DNA of 64,000 bases from Octopus vulgaris (Eukaryota): assembly GCA_951406725.2 (NCBI GenBank), contig OX597829.1:8742001-8806000 (forward strand), in the 5' to 3' direction. Shown here one piece after another: positions 53,785 to 64,000 of this stretch. Position 1 is the first letter of the stretch. Every line of letters starts with the position of its first letter. Position numbers and translations under genes: made by a program. The notes beneath the pieces were generated by a model. The model saw only the letters and a program-made list of their open reading frames with translations. It did not search any database and had not been told where the DNA came from.

Positions 53785-54395
53785 GCCTTTGCACAGCTTC
53801 TAACGCTGGGGATGTACTACAGTGTCAGATCTTCACTACCAGTAAACTAAGATAACACCTCTTATTTTTCGAGCACCTTCAGAAGTATTCGAGTGGTTCC
53901 AAGCAGTGCTGTTTTCTGCAAGTGCACCACCCTTATTGCAGCCCCTATTTGTTCCACGTATTTCTCGAGATTTTTGCTTACTGTTCCCAGGGCTCCGACC
54001 ATTATTGGTACTACTGCTACCTTTTTCATTAACCACAACTGCTTAACTTCCCAAGCTAACCAATCATATCTATCGACTTTTTATAGACGTCGCACAGTAT
54101 ACACTATCGTGATGTTGTTGTTTGAGTGTATTATGTCTACGGGGGTTTTGTACTATTTGTCAAGTCACAACAAGGAGCTCAGGCAGCCAGTACTTTATTC
54201 AATATGCGCGCAGTTCCAAGTAATGCCGGCTGTTGCAATACATCTAGATTGTATGGTATTTCTAAAGTTTGCAGATGTTTTTTCCAGATTGGGTGACAAC
54301 AGGGATAACCTTTATGTTTGACTCTCGTAGCTGCCGCATCTTAGCGATCTCATTTCTCAAGTCTCCATAGTTATCAACCTTTTCTCTTTCTTTCA
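53785..54395 (-). mobile_element. Two stacked short R4/Dong-like 3' ends (53785-54075 and 54110-54395)
   Basis: KVAVVPIMVGALGTVSKNLEKYVEQIGAAIRVVHLQKTALLGTTRILLKVL, and EREKVDNYGDLRNEIAK. Confidence 0.8.
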
Positions 54396-54727
<332 letters not shown>

Positions 54728-54993
54728 CTAGATCACCATCGTCACCACCACCACAATCATCATCATCTTTTTTTATTATTATTCGAATGCCTCCAGGATT
54801 ATATTTGTGTTTTACCCAGTGTAGGCCGATGAGATGAAGTAGCTGTCAAGTACCAGCATCGATGGTGTCGACTAAGACACCCTTTAAATTGCTCACCTTA
54901 AATAAGAAATCCTTGTACATAATAAATAATAAAGGGGGTTTAAGAGGCGTCACCGGGCGATAATCTATGAAACCGCTAGAGAGAGTTTGATGA

Positions 54994-55204
54994 TACTCTT
55001 TTACTCTTTTACTTGTGTCAGTCATTTGACTGCGACCATGCTGGAGCACCGCCTTTAGTCAAGCAAATCGACCCCAGGAATTATTTTTTGTAATCCTAGT
55101 ACTTATTCTATTGGTTTATTTTGCCGAACCGCTAAGTTACGGGGACGTAAACGCACCAGCCATCGGTTGTCAAGCGATGTTGGGGTACAAACACAGACAC
55201 ACAA

Positions 55205-55295
<91 letters not shown>

Positions 55296-55448
55296 CGACG
55301 GGCTTCTTTCAGTTTCCGCTTACCAAATCTATTCACAAGACTTGGTCGGCTCGAGGCTATAGCAGAAGACACTTGCCCAAGGTGCCACGAAGTGGGACTG
55401 AACCCGGAACTTTGTGGTTCGTAAGCAAGCTACTTACCACACAGCCAC
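54994..55448 (-). mobile_element. SINE family B
   Basis: Similar to 47785-48216 along its whole length. Confidence 0.9.
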
Positions 55449-56344
55449 TATAGTATGTAAATAAATGAAAAGAAATAGTAACATCTTGGCTCGGTTAGGA
55501 AAACTGCGGTTGAGGCCATCAATGTAGAATGCAAAGGAGAGATGAGTTATGGCCAAAAGAAGAAAACAGAAAAAGTATTTTTAGGGTTTGCTAAACTGCA
55601 GAAAGTCAACAGTGAGGATGAATGGTAGTCATTAATGCTTACGGATAAGGACCTTGTAAAAGTAAAAAACCCTGTATTGTTGCTAGTAATACTAGCTGTA
55701 GTGCAAGATTAACCAGCAAATCGAGAGGTAATTTATGGAGTTGACTGGCGAATATGCATTTTAGGAGTACCTAGATTTCTATTTAAATTATTTAAATGAA
55801 ATTTGACCGCTATTTCTATCATATTTGGCGAAAGGCCTGGCGATATTTAGTGGTGCAGTAAAATAACTTTAGTAAAGGTAAAAAAAAAGCTAAAGTTTTC
55901 AGGGATTTGAAATTTTACTTTGAATGATGGAAGTGATTAAATTGCAGAATTTAAAGATATCACTACGTAAGTTACTGGAGGGAATCAAGCTTCTAATTAA
56001 GTGTCGTGAAGTTTAATGGGAAAAGAGAACACTATATTTTGTTGGAAAAGTGGGTAAGAGTGTTGACATTCTGCCATTGCTCAGGCTCGGCGGTATGTGT
56101 TGATAAGAAAGTTTAAGAAAGAAATGTATTTAGTCTTCTTTTTTTTTTCAGGAACTGCCGCTAGCATACAATTTCATTAACGATGCCATCCTTTCGTTAT
56201 TTTTTATTTAGTCTTCAAAACCATTTCTACCAAATATCAAAGGTCACATCTATTTAGTAATATTATTTATTTATTTCTCACCATGCTCCCTTCAACTGCA
56301 CCAGATACAGCTTTATTGTTGTACTTGCTTTGTTATTGTTTCTA

Positions 56345-56386
<42 letters not shown>

Positions 56387-56396
56387 AAGTGTGGGT

Positions 56397-56427
<31 letters not shown>

Positions 56428-56468
56428 AAGTGTGGGGGTAGTAGTAGTAGTAGTAGTAGTTGTAGTAA

Positions 56469-56499
<31 letters not shown>

Positions 56500-56506
56500 G
56501 GTGGTG

Positions 56507-56551
<45 letters not shown>

Positions 56552-56759
56552 ACTGTTGTTAATGTCATTATTATTCTAGCATATATCTAGCATAAATAAA
56601 CATCTTATGTTTTGTCAAGCCTACACCAGGCTGATCTGTATAGAAGCTTCCAAGGGAGAGCATATGCTCCCATCCAAAACTAAAACTAAAAAATAAAACG
56701 ACAAAAGAAAAAAAAACGCACAAGAAAGTAAGACAACACCAATCCTTACTTCTTTACAC

Positions 56760-57066
56760 TCAATCAAGGAAACTTCAATAAATATTCCACCTACACTTCA
56801 TATGTATATATATATGTGTATATATATATGTATGTGTGTGTGTATGTGTGTGCATCTATATATATATATGTAGATGTATGTATAGGTATATATACGTATA
56901 TATATATGTATGTGTGTGCATCTATATATATATATATGTAGATGTATGTATAGGTATATATATGTATATATATACACATAAATGTATATATGAATGAATA
57001 AATATTTATACATTTATACAGATATATATACATACATATATACATTTGTATATATATATATGTATG

Positions 57067-57132
<66 letters not shown>

Positions 57133-57297
57133 AACGTATATATGAAAGTACACACACACATATATATATATATGTATCTATATATGTGTATCTATATATC
57201 TACATATGTATATATATGTATGTATATATATATATATATATACACGCACACACATATATGTAATATATATACGTATATACATACACATATATACATA
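56760..57297. repeat. (TA)/(TG)/(CA) compound microsatellite
   Basis: Direct inspection. Confidence 0.9.
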
Positions 57298-57530
57298 TTT
57301 CTTTACTACCCACAAGGGGCTAAACACAGAAAGGACAAACAAGGACAGACAAACGGATTAAGTCGATTATATCGACCCCAGTGCGTAACTGGTACTTATT
57401 TAATCGACCCCGAAAGGATGAAAGGCAAAGTCGACCTCGGCGAAATTTGAACACAGAACGTATCGGCAGACGAAATACCGCAAAGCATCATTTCGCCCGG
57501 CGTGCTAATGTTTCTGCCAGCTCGCCACCT
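57298..57530 (-). mobile_element. SINE family A, near full length
   Basis: Minus strand AGGTGGCGAGCTGGCAGAAACATTAGCACGCCGGGCG..GGGGTCGATTAAATAAGTACCAG..TAAAGAAAT. Confidence 0.9.
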
Positions 57531-57624
57531 TTCTTTTCTGCCATATACATATATACGTTTATACATATACACATATATAGGTATATATGTATGTGCGTGT
57601 GTGCATATATATATATATATATAT

Positions 57625-57658
<34 letters not shown>

Positions 57659-57914
57659 CGCACATATGCAAACATATCTTTATCCATGCATACGGCTAAC
57701 ATTTTCTTTTACAGCGGAAGAAAGGAATGCCAATTTGTGATTGTTGTTCTTATTATGCCCTTTAAACGTTGTAGCGTGAGTAGAAACTAGTAGAAATACT
57801 CCAACATTGCTCGGGTACCGAAATAAAGATGATGATGATGATGATGATGATGAGGATTTTGATGGTGATGAACATTATCGTTGTCGTCAGCAACTTTTTA
57901 TTCTGTTTTGCTTT

Positions 57915-58395
57915 TATCATTTTACTTGTTGCAGTCATTGGCCGACGGCTATGCTGTGCAGCTACTCGAAGAATCTTAGACAAAAGCCTGGCACTTACTC
58001 TAACGCTAGGTTATGGGAACGTAAACAAACCAACACTAGCTATCAAGCAATAGCATGGGGACAAACACGAAGTTTTGTGCATGCATATAAATACACATAT
58101 GCATACACGACGTATATATATTATACATCATATCATATTATATATATATCTATATATATATACATACCCGTTTTGTAGCCATCCATCCATCCATCCATAC
58201 AAACATACTCGCATGCATCCATAAATACATATATACACACACATACATTCTAAGGGTTTCTTTGAATATCTTTCTATCAAATCCACTTAGAAACATTTAG
58301 TTGGCCCGGAGTTATAGTAGAAGACACATGCACAAGGAAAACTGAACTTGGAACCACGAGATTGGGAACCAAGCTTCTTACCTCAAAGCCATGCT
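57915..58395 (-). mobile_element. Old SINE family B copy
   Basis: TTTTACTTGTTGCAGTCATT..TAGCATGGGGACAAACAC..TAGTAGAAGACACATGC. Confidence 0.65.
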
Positions 58396-58729
58396 CGCAT
58401 TTCTGTAATTAAATATTTTCATATATTTATAGTGAAATACTGTTATATGTTGCCAGTTGAGTTTTCCCAGGTTTTAATGGCGTGTGAAGCTTTTAAAGCT
58501 GTTTCTATCGATAACTTCAATTTTGATAATAAATTTATCCAATTTTTACATTTTACATTATATATTCCTTGTACTCCTAACTTGGTATGCAACACAAAAG
58601 ATGTAAGTCTAATGGAAATTCGTTTTATTCAATAAGAACTCTAGGGGAGTCAGCATTAGTTGTTTTAGATTCGGGACTCTTCTAAAAAAGATGTTTGCTT
58701 AGCCCAGCACGTGGGCATGCAACATGAGA

Positions 58730-59130
58730 AAATATAGACTTGACAGTTTGACGCCAGCAACTTTGAGGGGCTGTCTATGATGCTTGGTGGTCATAAATAA
58801 AGATTGTCACTGGAAACTGAAAGTGTTTGAAATGTAATAGTGTATATGATGGGATGCGTGGAATGAAAACATCTCCGTTGGAACAACCAGTGATAATACT
58901 GTCTTTGATCATATTGAACATAAAAGTTTCGACGACTTATCTTGTACTGTTGCAGAGACTGGTGCATCCAAAGAAGGAGAGTGGGGCTCTTTGACAATAC
59001 AACGTGAAAATTCACACAGAACAATCACATTCTGAGCATATCCATGGCAAAATCTTGTTCAGTATTGAGACATAGATCACAGGAAGATGTAGGGACCCCG
59101 AATGCGGCAGATACTAAAAGACCCTATGGA
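58730..59130 (+). mobile_element. RTE-like LINE C-terminal relic
   Basis: WKLKVFEM*..WDAW, a decayed match to the RTE C-terminus. Confidence 0.3.
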
Positions 59131-59765
59131 GATTTCGTATGGATGTGTTATAACATCAATAACAATAACATGTCAGGCAAAGAATTTCACAGAATTACCA
59201 CTAGCAGAAAATGTTGCATTGCTAACATTGCATCTACTATAACGATAATATGCAACAGCACAAAAAAACCCCAACAATGATGCTACAGCTCTAATAAGAA
59301 GCAGTAATGATAGTAATAACAATATTAACAGCAGCTATATCACGAAACCTTTTACACCAAACAGAATAGAAAACCATTTGGTATATACGATTATCGACAG
59401 AAATACACATAGGCTATATCGTTAGATCAAGCTGAACAGAGTTGAAGAAATATTCGCTCCAATATATATTTTGTGAGATACATCCAAATTATTTTCCACT
59501 CGGTAAACCACGCCCAGAAGCACACCACATCCCCACAAAGAACTGAAGATTTTACACTAATACCAATTAATCTGGGACGGAGATGGACACGGCAAAAAAT
59601 CTCGAACGTATCAATAAAATTAATCTTCTATTTCGTCGTGAAATGAATCATCTTGAAAGCCTTTACAACGCTACAAATATAAGTTTTTTGAAAGGACATA
59701 TTTGTCACTGGTTCGAGTACTTTTTTGTCGATCTCACTTATAACAAAAAAATAATACACACGGAC

Positions 59766-59830
<65 letters not shown>

Positions 59831-59977
59831 TATACACATATATATATATACATACATATATACATATATATATAATATAATCTGAATGATATGATATATA
59901 TATGTAAAAAATGTAATATATAAATAAATATCTATAAATATGAACCATCCGATCTTCTGATTACCTCATTTCTTCTA

Positions 59978-60032
<55 letters not shown>

Positions 60033-60927
60033 GAGGGCATTATTACACATAAATGCCACATGCTTGGAGGGACTCAAAATCAAAGCTGCTAAAATAAATA
60101 AACATATCGTACCGAATGCAATTCTTGAAGCAAGATATTTAAAAACAGAATTCAGCTGCATATCACCTGTGCTTTCGTCATCAGTGCAGTGTTTTGCACT
60201 CTTTACTCGTCAGTGCAAACATAATTCAAGATTTATAATGAATGAACAAAATCAACATACCAGACGAACAACCATCGTATCCACCGTAGTATTTAGAATT
60301 GTCCATCCCTTATACATGTATGTAAATGGCGGGCTTTTTCGAATCGCATTTCGGTAACAACGTGCTTAAATTATAAATTTAACCGGAGTATATTCGATAC
60401 TGAATTTTTATTCCGAATACGTACTTGATTCACCTGTGTTTCTCTGTGCATGCGTGTGCGTGTGTGTGTTAGTGTGTCTGTATCTATCTGTTTATTTATC
60501 TATCTATCAACGCTTACAGGTGAATAATTAAGTATCAATAACATTTGATTAGCTATGTCAAAAAGTAAATAGTTTTAAGCACATGTACTCAAATTAATAA
60601 AACTTGCAAATTTTGCTTTAGTTTCTTGCATAAATATGATACGTATGATTTTTATTTACAATTAATCAGCGAAATTCTGGTTACACTATAGTTTATGAGT
60701 GTCTTGTGACAAATTATCTATGCATATGGTCGCATGAAGAAATGTTTTTTATACATAAGAGCAGAACAAGTTTAGACGATGTTAGATTAATACTTATCCG
60801 AAAGGAGATGTGACTATCGGTTATTTCGGCACTTTTTCTGAGTATTGATGTGATGGTAAATGATAACAGAACGAATTCTTTTTTATTGAAGTTGAGGCAG
60901 TGAGACATAGGAAAAGGAGCTTGAAAA

Positions 60928-61020
60928 AGAAGAAGAAGAAGAAGAAGAAGAAGAAGAAGAAGAAGAAGAAAAAGAAGAAGAAGGGGGAGGAGGAGAATAA
61001 TAATAAAATAATAATAATAA

Positions 61021-61051
<31 letters not shown>

Positions 61052-61090
61052 GAAAGGAGGAGAATAATAATAAAATAATAATAATAATAA

Positions 61091-61121
<31 letters not shown>

Positions 61122-61237
61122 GAAAGGAGGAGAAGAAGAAGAAGAAGAAGAAGAAGAAGGAAAGGAGGAGAAGAAGAAGAAGAAGAAGAAGAAGAAGAAG
61201 AAGAAGAAGAAGAAGAAGAAGAAGAAGAAGAAGAAGA
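60928..61237 (+). repeat. (GAA)n/(AAT)n compound microsatellite with higher-order unit
   Basis: The GG(A/G)(A/G)AGGAGGAGAA block recurs four times. Confidence 0.95.
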
Positions 61238-61729
61238 GATAATTTATTGCTACCAAATTACATCAGAGCATCTTCTAAACATATGTGACATTGCCACTCA
61301 GTTACATACAAGATGTCCTTTGATAAAGAATTATCATCGCATTTGGCCTGTTTCGGAATTTTATCTTACAAGTTGTTGTGTGAGAAAAACCGCAAGGAGC
61401 AGATATTTAGCAGCAGTATCATAAGACGAGTCTATCAAATGTTAATAATACACTTTTAATCCTAAGCAAAATAAGTTATCGCGCTAAATATTACTTTTAC
61501 TGCGAACTAATTATTGTAGAAAAGCCAATTACAAAAACTGTAGAAGGATTTTTTACCTGGTGCACTTACACCTTCGTAAGACTACACAAACTGCTATATG
61601 CATTTATTTGCACATAGAAAATATGCACGTACGCATACAGCCACGTATATACATACATGCATATGTACAGATATATTCATATATGAATGTATGTACATAT
61701 TTATATGCATATTATACATAAATACAGAC

Positions 61730-62259
61730 ATGGGTCTCGGGTGTTAAAATTAACACCCAGCGAAACATTAGCGACATTCTGGAAGCTGAACTGCTACCAT
61801 GGGCAAATGACCACTTTCAAGGTGCACTTTGGAACCTCCAACAGAACTCAGCACCACCCCACAGCACCAAACAGACACAACACTCGATTTAGAGAAACAG
61901 TTCGTCGTTCATAGGCAAGGATGTATGGCACTCAAAAGTCCTTATCTCTATCCGTTGAATTTGTCTGCTTGCTCCAGTTTGGAGACTAGGTCCCCTTATG
62001 CTTTGCTCACCGCTCTGAATGTAAAAAAACCTACCAGGAATGAACTTCGATTCCGTAAAAGCAGATGCGTGCCGTGTGTGAAGCATTCGTACCTAGAATT
62101 AAGGCTGTGATTTGAAACAGAGGAGGTCATATCGAATAAATATAGTAATTACATAATTCGTTTACTTTACCATTGCATTTCAGCGGTCAGACCTGAAATA
62201 TAACAATACTTTGTTTTGGCAGAATTGAAAACAGTTGGTTGCCTTAATTTTGTCATACA

Positions 62260-62262
<3 letters not shown>
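61730..62262 (+). mobile_element. 3' part of a maT/DD37D-type transposon
   Basis: DILEAELLPWANDHFQG..LQQNSAPPH and KSPYLYPLNLS; terminus TAATTTTGTCATACACTG|TA. Confidence 0.75.
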
Positions 62263-62312
<50 letters not shown>

Positions 62313-62324
62313 ATGAAATATATA

Positions 62325-62378
<54 letters not shown>

Positions 62379-62380
62379 CA

Positions 62381-62576
62381 CTGGCGTAGCTGTGTGGTAA
62401 GAAGTTTACCTCCAAGAAGTTTGCTTCCGGGTTCAGTCCTACTGCGTGGCACCTTGGGAAAGTATCTTCCACTATTGTCACGGACCGACCAAATCCTTGT
62501 GAGTGGATTTGCTAGATGGAAACGGAAAGAAGTAATAGAAAGAAGTAAATATCTATGTGTGTGTGTGTGCATGTGC

Positions 62577-62617
<41 letters not shown>

Positions 62618-62720
62618 TCTCACTCTCTCTGTCTCTGTCTCTCTCTCTCTTGCGACTAAAATTCTTCAAGGCGGTGCTCTTGTGTGGCTGCTGACCCCTC
62701 TGATAGATCTTACTTTTCTT
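62381..62720 (+). mobile_element. Old SINE family B copy
   Basis: GGCGTAGCTGTGTGGTAAGAAGTTT..CCGGGTTCAGTCCTACTGCGTGGCACCTTGGG. Confidence 0.75.
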
Positions 62721-62886
62721 GTCTGTCGCAAACAACGCTATCCAGTATGTTATGCTTTTATTTGGCAGAACCTTTGATGGCAATGTTCCACTGATGTTTG
62801 CGCATGTATTCAATGACAGGGATTTCTCTATAATTTTACCAGGTCTGTCTTCTTTCTTTCTTTCTTTTTTTCGGATCGCATTGTAT

Positions 62887-63452
62887 ATTTAAATATGGCT
62901 AACCCCTAAGGGTGGATGCTACTGTAGTTTGTAGCCCCAGGAGGTCACCTCCTCCAGCTGGCTATAGACACACTTTCTATAACCTATCAGTATTTGCAAA
63001 GGGAAGCCATCCTTCCCGTTTTCAACTTATGATAAACACTACAGTAGCATCTACCCTTAGGGGTTAGCCATATTTAAATGGCAAATATACGTCACGATGT
63101 GTTGCAGCTACTGTTTATAACTCGCTCTGAGATTTATTATTGCATGTTTACACTTTTTCGATATCAGTGTCTATCGATACTGGAAAAAGGTTTAAGTATT
63201 TGTGAAGGGAACCTACTTCTCATCGACAACTGTGATTGTCACACGCCGATGACGGGTCAATACCCAGAAACTCGAGTCTGTGTGTATCATAAGTTGAAGA
63301 CGGGAAGGATGGCTTCCCTTTGCAAATACTGATAGGGCACAGAAAGTATGTCTATAGCCAGCTGGAGGAGGTGTCCTCCTGGGGATACAAACTACAGTAG
63401 CATCCACCCTTAGGGGTTAGCCATATTTAAATGGCAAATATACGTCACGATG
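62887..63452 (+). mobile_element. Non-coding retrozyme/PLE pseudo-LTR-like insertion: inverted arm + 353-nt unit + partial tandem repeat, 12-bp TSD
   Basis: 62887-63039 is the reverse complement of 63280-63432. 63038-63099 repeats directly at 63391-63452. GCATTGTATATT occurs at 62878-62889 and 63452-63463. Confidence 0.8.
63240..63284 (+). ncRNA. Type-I hammerhead ribozyme motif (U4 to C in this copy), predicted GUC cleavage after 63278
   Basis: CACACG-CCGATGA-cGGGT(CAAT)ACCCa-GAAA-C(TCGA)G-TC-TGTGTG: stems I, II and III all pair, and loop 3 is palindromic. Confidence 0.8.
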
Positions 63453-63469
63453 CATTGTATATTGTTTTA

Positions 63470-64000
63470 GCAAAAATATTGTGTCGCACTGGTAGTGCCT
63501 TGATTACATCTTGGGGCGACTGCTAATGACATGTGCGATGTCTTCCACAGAGATGTTGCAAAATCTATATTTTCGGTTGCATCTTGTGGCCTCAAGAGTT
63601 TCGCTGATTCTTTTTGTCTCCGGGGTAATTTGCATCACTCTCCTATTCTTGGATTACAAATGCAAATCCGTCGATGTGTGATGTAAGGTCGAGGTCATGA
63701 GTCCAAAAGAGGATGCGTTTCATGTCACTGTTACGTACGTCTGCATATCTTCGTGAAACATACCCATGCGTTGTCTTTTTCGGTAAGCTGAGCGTTTCCC
63801 ATCCAGGTCTTCTTTGAGGTACGTTAGTCCGGCTGTTTGGGGATTGCTCGTGAAGCCGTCAGGAAAAGAGTGTTTCGTGAGGAGCTCACTTTTAAGACAT
63901 AACATTCTGTTATTTTCGCATTTCAGCAACAAGTATTTATTTTTGATGCTGTTGTTTAATACGTGCTGTCCGAGAGAAACAATGTGACATTGAAAACTAT
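63470..64000 (-). mobile_element. Degenerate LINE RT relic
   Basis: RMLCLKSELLTKHSFPDGFTSN, resembling the 'LL..HQxGF' RT region. Confidence 0.3.

Overview
Repeat-dominated animal genomic DNA. The SINE families and microsatellite density suggest a cephalopod, probably octopus (inferred, not verified). No host exon or RNA gene could be supported, and most listed ORFs are microsatellite artefacts. The window holds a Gypsy LTR/gag remnant next to an L1/Tx1-like LINE, and several Tc1/mariner elements (one full-length mariner, one Tc1 with very long inverted ends, one fold-back mariner, maT-type pieces). It also holds a Helitron remnant, RTE/CR1-like relics and three tRNA-derived SINE families. 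About a dozen 5'-truncated R4/Dong-like restriction-endonuclease LINE segments all lie on the minus strand, mostly inside (TAA)n tracts. There are three distinct Penelope-like elements (PLEs); one keeps an uninterrupted 720-aa RT + GIY-YIG ORF (42967-45129). The most notable signal is a set of minimal type-I hammerhead-ribozyme (HHR) motifs at about 12.2, 25.2, 29.6, 47.4, 47.7 and 63.3 kb. The clearest sits in a non-coding, TSD-flanked insertion (62887-63452) made of a 353-nt unit, a partial tandem copy and an inverted copy whose boundary falls 1-2 nt from the predicted cleavage site. This looks like a retrozyme/PLE-dependent RNA element. A ~1.05-kb inverted duplication around another PLE (8297-11770) includes host-like flanking DNA.
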